In this document: piece by piece, positions 26,114 through 37,540 of the stretch
Layout of the letters: each line of letters begins with the position of its first letter
Position numbering within the stretch: the first letter of the stretch is position 1
Assembly: GCF_009914755.1 (NCBI RefSeq)
Contig: NC_060926.1
Source: the human T2T-CHM13v2.0 reference genome, Homo sapiens
Length of the DNA stretch: 64,000 nucleotides
Strand: one strand, 5' to 3'
Position numbers and translations under genes: made by a program
Notes under the pieces: generated by a model
What the model was told of the DNA's origin: nothing
Database searches by the model: none
What the model saw: the letters and a program-made list of their open reading frames with translations, nothing else

Positions 26114-28454
26114 AAAGACTACTGTAAAACTTTTATAATTTTTTTTCTACTTTTGACTTTGTTAAAGGCAGTGTTTATGTACCCCATCTGTTCCACATCT
26201 GAATGAGGTACAGAACCCCCATTCTCTTCACTAGAAGCCTAAATCAATGGCCTGGTATATTGAGGTTCAGTTCTCTAATTATCAGGATTTTTTAGCTCAG
26301 TATTTTACAAAAATGACAAAAAAGATTTTTTGATATTATTGAGTCAATACACTACAATAATAACTCTGTTGGGTCTAGTTTGTATATTTATATGCAATTA
26401 TTTGCAAAATCTATGTATTAGTTTGATTATCAGTGTCTACTTTCCACTTCCTCTTTGGATTAAAAATAGATAATAACTTCAGATCTTCTCACAAAAATTC
26501 TGTTTAGGAGAGAATCCCCTTGAGTTCCATGTTTCTCTTGTGCCACGATGTCTGCGTTTTGTTTCAAGGTTCTTATGCCTTTTCCTTTCCCTATGCCTTT
26601 TCCTCTCCCTCTTACGTACCCCCATTGGCTTACACAATCACACAAAGGATGACTTTAAGCACAGAACTATTCTTGATAGATTTTTGCAAAAGTCTTTACT
26701 TTCCCCAAAATGCTTTGTGTGCATTCTCAGTGTGAATGGCTGCCTGGTGCTACCACTCTGCCCCTTGAATTTGAGCGTCTTTTTCTTCTTATAGACCAAT
26801 GTGTGCCTGCTGCCTGCTTAGCATTCTGAATGCACCATCAGTGCTCTGCAATGAGGGGAATGGCAAGGATATTTTAAATGTCTTGCGGGCAAGAGCCATT
26901 TTATGTGTATGGCCCAAGATAAAATATATATATACACACATATATATATATTTTCTCCATTATTTAGCATAAAGACACTAGTGGGTTAATAAAATTTAAC
27001 ATTCTCCTGCCACCTTTCTATTTACCTACTTTCTGTTTTTTAACTTCATGTCGAAAAGAAGATGGACGTATTTGTACCCATGAACCTGGAGAAAACCTCA
27101 GTAAAACCTGATTCTTGGCTGCAGATCTCTGCTCCCTTTACTTTTAATTGTTACTAAATGAGTCTGCCTCTGCCTGTGGCCTTATTGTCAATACTTTTCA
27201 AAAGCTGGATTTATCCCAACTACGAAAAGCAATTACTAATGTAATCAAAATTGTTGAAATCATTCTGATTATCAAATAACTTATGAGAGTTCTAAATGGT
27301 ATTTTGGGGCCTCTTATTTTACTCTAATTTAAATGTGAGAAAAATAGAAATGTGGGAATAATTCCTAAGTCACTTATATACCATATAATCTAGTTATATA
27401 AAACCATATTTTAAAATACCCCTCTCTGTAACAGGAGACTTTCTGGGAATAATTATCATTGATTAACCTTTAGGTCAATTCGTTATTGTTAAATAACCAG
27501 CCACAGCTTCGTTTCATATCTTCAACCTCTGATTCTTCCAGCTTATACATTTTCAAAATAGCTAATTATTTGATAAATGCCAGATAATTTCTTCTAGTTA
27601 TCTTGTGCTCTAACAGTAGAACAACACTTGAATATACAGATTCCCTAAATGATTTATCTCCCTCTTTGTATCTTTAAGTAAATAAAGAGTAGTAGGACAT
27701 AAGTATTATCTCTTTTAATGTGATAAATGAGATATTTCCCAAATCTGTATGAGATATAATATTACATCAAAGCATTGTATTTAGTAAATTAATTATATTT
27801 ATGTAAAGAAAAATATAAGTCATATTGACAATCTTTTTGGGTGAAAATCTGTCAATTTCACATGTACAGGGACAGTGTAAGACATTACATTTTTATCTAC
27901 TATTACTGTCAAATTTTAAAAAGAACAAGACCAAGAAAAATCTCTATGTTTGGACAGTTTTATGCAACTAAAATGAAGCAGAAAAATAAGCTAATTGTGT
28001 GGATAATTAAGCCTAAATCATCTTGCTTGAAATATATTGTTGTGGCAAGTAATTGTTGCAGTGGTTTTTGGTTTTGTTTACATTTATTCTGCCAATGTAG
28101 ATCTAGCCTTTATGTGAATCTCAGGAACAACAACAACAAAGTAGAGTCAAAATATAGCAAAATAGAGTTAGATTTATAGCATAAATTCAGCATCCTCTGT
28201 TTAGGCCGGGCTGATATTGCACTGAAAGCCTGATAGAGATTCCATGTTCATTTACTTCAGAATGCTGAATCAAGCTCAATGAAAAGTGATTTGTAAGTTG
28301 CTTATTCCGTGAACTTGAATAAATAGCTCATCAACTGATGTCTTACAAGAATTTCTTAACCAGCCCATTTCATTTGAAGCCGTGCTACAGCTTGTCGATT
28401 TCCTCCTCTGGATTATGTTGAACAGAAAATGTTGGAGTAAAAGCAGGCCATTCT

Positions 28455-28500
28455 ACTTACCTGCGGAGAAGGACAGTCTGTTTGCAGAAGAGGAAAAATG
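28455..28500 (-). other. Candidate recursive splice site (3'ss immediately followed by 5'ss), or a 17-nt microexon
   Basis: Minus strand CATTTTTCCTCTTCTGCAAACAG-ACTGTCCTTCTCCGCAG|GTAAGT; motif only, no transcript evidence. Confidence 0.3.
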
Positions 28501-28535
28501 TGACCATGGTTTTAACATACCCCTCTCTCTAGCTA

Positions 28536-29193
28536 GCAATACTGCCCTCAGAACTAAGGAAGAGAGACCTCTGACATAAACCCTGTGCTTTAGAGGATCT
28601 AGACCTGACTTGAGGTACTGGGGCAGCTCTTTACAGAGTCAGGTGTCCACAGGCTCAAGCAGATATGTCCACCCAGAGCTCATCTTCCCTCTTTCTAGGC
28701 CATGCTTCAAGTACTTGAGACCCCAACTCCACCTTTAAGACCTGCACAGGCTTCTGTCTCCCCTTCCCAAGTGTAGGCCATACTACGCCTGGGTGTGAGA
28801 TGTGGTCAAGTGGAGGCAATTTTCAGGAGAGCTTGGAGACAGCTTGGACATTCAGGCAGGGGTGTCCTCGTACAGGACTGTGAGGTGCCTCATGGGACCG
28901 GAGGGAAAGAACCAATCACTGGCCAGCGACAGAGGCTCGGGGCCATCACTCCTCGTGCTGGACATTCTAGTGCACAAATCTGAGGAGACCAAAAATTTCT
29001 AAGTGTGAATGGCTGCTTGGTGCTACCTGGCCTTCCAGATTCCTATAAAGACACATTTTAAAAGGTAGGATGATAGACCTTTTATTTAACACTGTGTTCA
29101 CTTGATTTATAACATTTAGATATTTAGGAATACAGCATATGGGCCTCCATTCGTACCCTCATTTCAGGCCTTCCAATGTTAAGGAAAGGCTTA
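28536..29193 (-). mobile_element. MER115 (hAT-Tip100 DNA transposon)
   Basis: Ends match recalled MER115 consensus: CAATACTGCCCTCAGAAC...CTTTAGAGG and CCTGGCCTTCCAG...CTTGATTTATAACATTTAGATATTTAG...ATGGGCCTCCATTCGTAC. Confidence 0.75.
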
Positions 29194-29299
29194 CCAGCTA
29201 GCCTCTATCTCTCTACTCTCCACAACCTAACTTCTCGTGGCTTTCTTATCTTGCTGCATCCCATTTGCTCATTCCCTACTTCTTTCCTCACCTGATTTT

Positions 29300-30050
29300 G
29301 CTTGGGCACCTACAACTTCAACACACCTCTTCTAATTTATGCTGACTTTTACTTCCTTGTTAGAAAAGTCTAGTGGGCAAGATGCTCAGTCCTGACTAGA
29401 CTTGTTCCCTTAGCAGTGTTCAACATTGCTAACCACTTTCTCTTGCTTGAAACATTCTTTGTTCTTGGTTTCTAGGGCGCCACGGTCATCTTACTTTCCC
29501 CAATACTTCTCTGGCCATTCCTTCTGTCTGTCCCTTATTCAGTCCTCAGTGGTCATTCTGAGGCTCTCATTTTTTTCCAATTCAATGGCTTCTCTCCATG
29601 TCATTTCATCAGAGCTGTAACTGACTGACCCTTGTATCAAAAAGAATCTCAATATGATCTCTCTAGCTCAAACCTTTACTCTGAGCTCTAGGTCTATCTA
29701 TCCAAACACCTTTATCACATTTCCTTCTCCTGTCTTATAGGTGCCTCAAAATGAATATGCCTAAACTGAACAATTGATCTTATCTCCCAAACTTGGACTT
29801 TTTCTAATATTCACTAGAACCTCATATTGTACAATTATCCATTCAGTCTTGTAAACCACAAACATAGAACTCATTTTTTACACCTTTTAACCCTAACCTC
29901 TCCTCTACGTACAATATAGGGCCAAGTTCTCTTGGTTTTAATGAGTTTCTAATATATGTACTTTTCTTTAGCTCCACATCAGACCTTGTCATTACCTACA
30001 GCCCGAGCCTCATCTAGTATATATCAACCTTCTACTTGCTCTGTACTAGC
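29300..30050 (+). mobile_element. L2 LINE fragment (continues at about 33495-33880 after the Charlie insertion)
   Basis: CTTGAAACATTCTTTG...CTTCTCTGGCCATTCCTTCTGTCTG...CTCTGAGCTCTAGGTCTATCTATCCAA...GCCTAAACTGAAC. Confidence 0.75.
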
Positions 30051-30051
30051 C

Positions 30052-33000
30052 CAGCCTTTCTTAATGTTTTTATCTCTGGGATCCCTTGAAATACTTCTTA
30101 TATTTCAGGAAATCTATATAAAAATATTATATCTACAGCTCATAGCATGTTAGTGTGAACATAAATTGTACATAAAATAATGCATTAAAATTGTCGATGC
30201 TTTTTGAGTGAAGAATGATTTTTTTTTGTGGATCTGCTTATTTTGGCCAGTATATTCTCCTACTGCCATGTTGTTATACCTCTCTACAAGTGCTCTAACT
30301 CCAATGCAAGTCAGCCTGTAGGTAAAGGAAACTAGCTTTTTCTTTATTTAATAATTTTATGGTTGATTTAAAAAAATATATCCAAGTATGCCTAAATGAC
30401 GTACTATAATTTTTCCTATTTAAAATGCTAATGAGGTTTATTATGTGCTATATTGAACATACAAGACTAATTGTACATTTTTCTTTATTAAAAGATAAAA
30501 GTGACCTTTTATCCAAATTTTACTTAAAAAAAAGTTGTTTATCTTACTGTGTTTGAAATTATCATTCGCTCATTTTCATAAATTAAAAAAAAATCATAAG
30601 ACAAACCATAAGTTTCTTTTAAATAATTGGTTTGGGCCAAAATGGGATTTAATTTTTCTGAGAATTGGCTTTGTAAATTTCACTTAAATAAATATTATAA
30701 ACTGATTTTAATTAATGTTATTTCAACATGAAAATTTACTGGCAATGTTGAATAGTAAGGCTCTCAAAACTGTAAGAAAGAACTATGAATAAAAATATAG
30801 CTTATGCACCATTTTATATAAGACTTTGAAAACATTTTCCTACTGAGCCACATATCAGGCAAAAATATAGGCCTAGACAGTTAATAAAACTTTTATATAT
30901 GTACATTAGTTTCTTGATCTCTGTTATAGGCCTACACATGCATAGACTAAAATAATGGAAAACACGTGCTTGCTTTTCATTTCAGAAATATTAAAAAATG
31001 AAGTTCTTAGACTCAGCACGAGTGTCAGAGAAAGGGCCCTCACCTAGCCAGGTACTTGTGTTGAATGGGATGGGAAAAAAAGGCCATTTTGTTCTGTGGT
31101 TATTCCAGGTGGATTTCAGTAAGACTAGAGACTGACTGATAACCTTTCTCACTCTCAAATCCAAGCAGCATGGGAAACATTTCAAGGTTTCCTGTTTCAA
31201 CATGATTGTTTCTAATGATTCTGTTTCTTTTAAAGCCAAACATCTTGTCACTTGACATCAAAACATTTTCTTCAGGACCTTGCAGAGACTTGTCCAACTG
31301 ATTCATGAGATGAAAAATGTTTGCTAAGCAGGTTAGTGTCTGCAGCTATTCTTCATCATACAAGCCCTTAATAAAATCTGGCCTCTGTGTTCTTTCTGCA
31401 AGTGTTCCTGCAATTTAGCTTTCAGTTCAAACTCCCTACAGAGAACTCCTTCTCTATTAAGTATATGGATTTCTGTAGGGAGCAGACTTATGATGTCTTT
31501 GATCAGTTTTCTAAAAATTATTGAGTGAACTGGTCTTGTTTAATAAAGTTAACCATTTTAATAGCATCGCATAGGACTTTTTAATTTCATGTTGAGGAGT
31601 TTTTGAAGAAGCATCTTTCAGTAAAGAAGGCAATGAATATGACAACATTGGGATTTTCATTTTTTTCACAATAGGTGCATGGTGCTATCAGCATAGATGC
31701 CAACACGGTCCTCTTAGACAGGCCTTTTGTTTCCACATATGATGGCACAACATTAAATAGATCTTGGCATTTGCTGTTTGGGTAAGATAGATACAGTAGA
31801 AAAAAGTTTTCTTGGATTTCACCACCATTTAGAAATGATACAAATGCTACAACAAGACACTTATTGATGAAATCTGTTGAGTCGTCAACCTGCATTGGTA
31901 AGATGTGCAGTTTATTACCCCAAAGTTCTTCTCATCCTGTGGCATGTCAACAATATGATAACTTAGCATACCATGTAATACAGAACCTTTTCAAATTATC
32001 ATATTGCAACTCTTCCTATCATTTTCCTCACTATATATTTCTATGCTAGTATTATTAGGTTCTCATCAAGTACATCAATTTTTTCATATTTTTAGGCAAC
32101 ATATTTAATTACTTAATAACTTGCTTCCTGAGCCTTTTCACTAAATGTGACTTTTTTTAAACAAAATTTCACTTTTATTCTGAGATTCCAATAGCAGTTC
32201 AAAATAATCAACAACTTTACCTATAAAATGGCTATGATTTGTACTCATGTCTTTTTAATTTTCCTGCAGGAAATGATGTGCAAATGATGCACCTGCACCA
32301 TAGAATACAACTTGGATAAACAATCCATGTAAAACCCATTGATAACTAGTTTTTATTGTAATGAAATTGTTTTGTGTTCCTTTTTGCACTAGTACAGTGA
32401 AATGACTTAGAAGTTTATAATTCTTATTATCCATAAAATCCTCCTCTACCATCTCAACTTTGTCTTCAAAAATTACCTTAATGGAATATCTGACATTTTG
32501 GACAATGTAAACATTGATGAAACTTAAAACAAAATGACATAATAAATAACCCTCTTAGTCCATTTGGGCTGTTATAACAAATTATTATAGACTGGGTGCC
32601 TTAAACAAGAAACATTTATTACTCACAGTTATAGAGACTGGGAAATCCAACATCAAGGTACTGGCATAGCAAGTGTCTGTTGAAGGCCCGCTTCCTGGTT
32701 TACAGAAGACTATCTTCTTGTATCCACTCTCACATGGCAGAGAGCAGAAAAAGAAGAAAGCGCTCTCATTTCTCTTGCTATAAGGGCACTAATCCCATCA
32801 TGACTCTTTCACTCCCATGACCTAATTATTTCCCAAAGGCCTCACTTTTTAATACCATCCCACTGGGGATTAAAGTTTCGATATATACATTTTTGGGAGA
32901 ATACAAGCATACAATTCATAGTAATAACAAATGAAGGAAAAAATCACAGAAATATGAAAAATTCACAATGTAATTCAATTCTAACCTACATAATCCTTAT

Positions 33001-33490
33001 TCTGCAACATTTATAGCAACAGCAAAGCAGCATGAGAGAAACTGAGTCATGACACACAAAAATACCTTCTTTAGAATAAAAATTTCCCCACAATTTTGTA
33101 TTGCACAAATAGAGCTTAGTCACCTTTAACAGCCAATCATTGACAAGAAGAAGAGGTTGTGGTAGGCACTTTGAGAGGGAGATGTTTATGTCATCAATCT
33201 ACTGTCCTCCCTTTTGTGTGACATAGTGTTCACCTTTTATCATTGACCTCCCCTATCTCACAGAGAAACTGAGAATGCACTTGTCTAAATGAGCACAGTC
33301 CTACTGCACACTGTCTTACAGAGCTACAAGACTGTTGATGAAACTGCTGCTGGGGCCGTTCAGTAATAATCCATCACTGCAAGTGCAAACATTGTGGGGT
33401 ATGTAAAGTTTAAAAAAAATTCCCCCTCCTCTTTGTTTTTTCCCCAATCTAGTAATATCTTGTGGAATCCTAGAGCTTCACACCCTCTTT
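30052..33490 (-). mobile_element. Charlie-family (hAT/Buster) DNA transposon with disrupted transposase
   Basis: ORF 31587-31895 QVDDSTD...VAFVSFLNGGEIQENFF...KCQDLFNVVPSYVETKGLS (cf. LQLDESTD catalytic-D motif); ORF 31100-31306 MNQLDKSLQGPEENVL...GNLEMFP; LSMGFTW near 32320-32345; multiple stops and frameshifts; outer boundaries approximate. Confidence 0.85.
32551..32923 (-). mobile_element. MaLR LTR (MLT1A0-like) inside Charlie
   Basis: TCTTAGTCCATTTGGGCTGTTATAACAAA...TATAAGGGCACTAATCCCATCATG; 5-bp TSD ATAAC at 32546-32550 and 32924-32928. Confidence 0.9.
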
Positions 33491-33494
33491 AGTT

Positions 33495-33880
33495 ACCATG
33501 ATTTATTTAATTTCCTGAAGTGTATCAGTACTTTCCATTCATGCTCCTCACGTTGCCATCTCTTCTTCTTGGAATGCCCCTGTCCCATTGACTCCCTGAC
33601 ACCCAACACTCCAAATTAGCACAGATTCACCATTATGCCCTTTTCACAGTCTCGCATACCACCATTCATAGCACTTCCCTCAATTGTACTCAAATAATTA
33701 ATATCAATGGTGGTTTAACATCTTTTTCTTCTACTTGGACATAAATGACCAGGTCCATGTCTCTTGTGTTAACTACTAAATTCCCACTTCATACTATAAT
33801 CAAGGCCTTCAGAAATGATGCTTACCTTTATTTTTGTTGCTTATAATTTACAGAGGTAATATATGAAATGAATGAACAAT
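33495..33880 (+). mobile_element. L2 3' fragment
   Basis: TTGCCATCTCTTCTTCTTGGAATGCCC...CATAGCACTT...AAATGAATGAAC. Confidence 0.55.
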
Positions 33881-35019
33881 CTGAAATCACAGGGCTTTAA
33901 CAGGTGGTAGGCATGAAAAATAAGGCAACACGGTAAATAGCACAGCTGGTCCAAGAGTTTCTGTGAACAATCTGACATGCATTATGCAGTAGGAAAGCTA
34001 AGAAGAAAGGGAAGAGGCCCAAAGGAATTCCTGTAGAACCGTATCAAATTCTTGTTTTAAAAACTAAGTCTTTGAGGGCATAAATTACAATACAATTTTG
34101 GAAACATAGAGTTCCAACTTCATGGGCCACAAAGTACTCAAGTTTCTGGCATGAAATTTCTAATGTTTTTTGGTGTGGAGCAGAGCTTTTAAGGTGAATT
34201 TTTTTCTCAACATCCTGGCAATAAAATGACTTACTGAGTAGGGAGGTAACTGCCATTGCAAGGACATTGGTACTTAAAGGAGGACCTTGGTTCCATTTTG
34301 AATAAGAGATGTATTCCGTGGTTGTGGATGTTATATATTCCTTTTCTGGGGAGTATGAATTGAGGAAACAAGAAAGAGGAAACAAATGAGCTCCTAGTTC
34401 CAATGCTGTGTGTATATTTTATTTCTAATGATTACAGAGGGAAGTTACTTTATTGCTTCCATGCAAAGGCATTCTCTGGAAGAAGATAAAAACTCCAAGC
34501 TAAGCAGTTATTAACTTCTTCCCAGAGACACTGCTAAGTGGTAAGAAACACTGCCTCTGTACTTTTCCTACCCCATGTCAAGTTAAGAAATGGATTTTAG
34601 AAGTAGAGACTGAACATGCGACTTCCAGATTTATGATGAATAAGAAGTGTTTCCATTCAGTAGACCATAAAAAGAATACTTGTTTGGAGTTTAGATCAGA
34701 CTTTTGAATTCAGGTCAGTTTAAATTCTGTTCCCAGTTGGCCCCTTGACCATAATATTTGTCCTTTCTACTTAATAGCATTAAGGAACAACTACCATTGA
34801 AAGAAAACATATTAAAAGAAATTTCTAATAAGACAGGTAAGACTTTGTTTAAGTAGACATAATATTTAATATTTGTAGTAAATTTTTCAAGAAAATTATT
34901 ATAAGAAAATTATTACTGTATCTTTCCCTTTTACTCTGTTATTCAAACTCAGCAAAAAATTCAGCGTCATAGAAACACAAATATTATGGAAGGAATTAAG
35001 AAAACATTATGGAAGGAAT

Positions 35020-37540
35020 GATATCAGTAAGATAGCAGAAAATAAAGTTGGACTCTCGTTCACCCAAAGAATACACCAATTCAACAATACATATACAAAT
35101 TTCCTTTGTGAGAAGTCCACAGACTAGTTGAGAGGCTCTTGCACTCTTCCACTGCCCTTTTGTACAGGGCAAAATCAGCCACATTGAAACCAGTAGGAAA
35201 GTTCAAGATATCATCTCACCATCACCTCTACTCTTGGCAGAAGACCAGAAGATCAGAAGAAAACCCCTAGTTCCCAGCTTCTCCCTGGGGAGGGAAATAA
35301 TTGGACTGCATATGCAATGCCTCAAAATTTTCAGGGGTTTCCCAAGGCACTTGCTCTTATCTCTGTCATGTCAAAGCACTTACAGGATATAGCATATTCT
35401 AAATGCCTGGGGGAGAATGAGAATAAACATGATGTTTGGACTAGCACATAGTCACCATAACCCATCCCCCACAGGCTCAGCAAAGGGAAAGTATAAAGGC
35501 CATACATCAAAAGCCCACTGCTAGCATCATACTCAATGGTGAAAAGCTGAAAGCTTTTCCTCCAAGATCAGGAACAAGATAAACTGTCCACTCTTGCTTC
35601 TATTCAACATAGTCATAGAAGTCCTAGCCAGAGCAATTATGCAAGAAAAATAAATAAAAGGCATCCAAATTAGAAAAGAAGAAAATTATCTGTTTTCAGA
35701 TGACATAATCTTACGTGTAGTAAACCCTAAAATACTTAGGAATAGACTTAGCAGAGACAGTGAAGGCTTTTACACTAAAAGCTATAAAATATTGATAAAA
35801 GAAGTTAAAGAAGACACAAATAAATGGAAAAAAAATCCTGTGTTCTTGGACTGAAAGCCTTAATATTATTAAAATTTAAAGTCTTAATATTATTAAAATG
35901 GCCATACTACACAGAATTATCTCCAGATTCAATGCAATCACTATTTAAATACCAATGGCATTATTTACAGAAAGAGAAAAATCTATCCTAAAATTCATTT
36001 AGAGCCATTAAGGACCTTAAATAGTCAACACAATCTCAAGAAAGAACAAAGCTGTAGGCACCACATGTTCTGATTTCAAAATATATTACAAAGCTACAGT
36101 AATTTAAAAAGTATGGTACTAGCATAAAGACAGACATGTAAAACAATGGAATAAAATAGAAAGCCCAGAAATAAATCCATGCATATACAGGCAATTGATC
36201 AATTGATCTTTGACAAGGGTTCCAAGAACACATGATGGGAAAAGGCTAGTCTCTTCAAAAAAATGCTGTTGGGAAAACTGGATATCCACATGAAGAAAAA
36301 ATGAAAATATACTTTAATCTCACACATTAATAAAACTCCACTCACAATAGATTAAAGACTCAAATGTAAGGCCTGAAACTATAAAACTCCCAGAAGAAAA
36401 CACAGGGGAAAAGCCTCATGACATTAGCCTTGGAAATGATTAATTGGATATGACATTAAAAGCACAGGCAACAAAAGCAAAATTAGACAAGGGGAACTAC
36501 ATCAAACTCAAAAGCATCTGTACAGCAAAGGAAACAATCAATAAAGCGAAAAGAGAACATATAGAATGGGAGAAAATATTCAAACCATATATCTTATAAG
36601 GAATTAATATCCAAAATATACAAGGAACTCCTACAACCCAGTAGCAAAAAAAAAAAAACCAAATAATAAAAAAATAATAACCCATTTAAAAAATGGGCTA
36701 AGGATTTGAATAGACATTTCTCCAAAGGAGACATACAAATGGCCAATAGGCATATGAAAAAATGCTCAGCATCACTAATAATCAAGGAAATGCAAATCAA
36801 AACCACAATGACATTTCACCTCACACCATCAGGATAGCAATTCGAAAACAAATACAATCATTGGTGAGGATGTGGGGAAATTGAAACCTTTATACACCAT
36901 TGGTGGTAATACAGAAGGATACAGCCGTTACGGAAAGCAGTATGGAAATTTCTCAAAAAATTTAAAATAGAACTACCATATGATATAGCAATCCCAGTTT
37001 TGGGTGTATATCCAAAAGAATTTAAACCATTATCTCAAAGAGATACCTGCGCTGCCATGTTCATTGCAGTATTATTCAAAATAGGCAAGATGCAAAAATA
37101 ACCTAAAAGCCCACTGACCAGATGAATCAATAACGAAAATATGGTATACGATAAAATATTATTCAACCTTTAAAAAGAAGGAAATCCTGCCATATGAGAT
37201 GACAAGGTTGAACCTTGAGGACACTGTGCTAAGTGAAATAAGCCAGTAAAAGGACAAATACCACATGATTCCCCTTATATGAGATATCTTGTGTAGTCAA
37301 ACTCATAGAAGCAGAGAGTAGAATGATGATTTTCAGGGACTAGGGGTAGGGAGAAATGAGAAGTTGCTATTTAAAAGATACAAAGTTCCAGTTATGCAAG
37401 ATGAATAAGTTCCAATGATCTGAGGTACAACTTAATGCCTAAAATTAACACTACTGCATTGTACACTAAAAAAGTTTCGTTAAGAGGGTAGATTTCATGT
37501 TAAATGTTTTTACCACAGTAAGAAAAGAGAAATAAAAGAG
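35020..37540 (+). mobile_element. L1MB/L1MA10-like LINE: 5'UTR-like segment (about 35020-35490) joined to the ORF2 RT/C-terminal region and 3' UTR
   Basis: AAGGCCATACATCAAAAGCCCACTGCTAGCATCATACTCAATGGTGAAAAGCTG (RT region); 3' end GTTATGCAAGATGAATAAGTTC...TAAGAGGGTAGATTTCATGTTAAATG. Confidence 0.9.

Noticed and set aside
31675-31781. Plus-strand exon-like segment (TTTTCACAATAG|...GG|GTAAGA) with one open frame
   Set aside because: It lies antisense within the Charlie transposase fossil and the peptide resembles nothing I recognise
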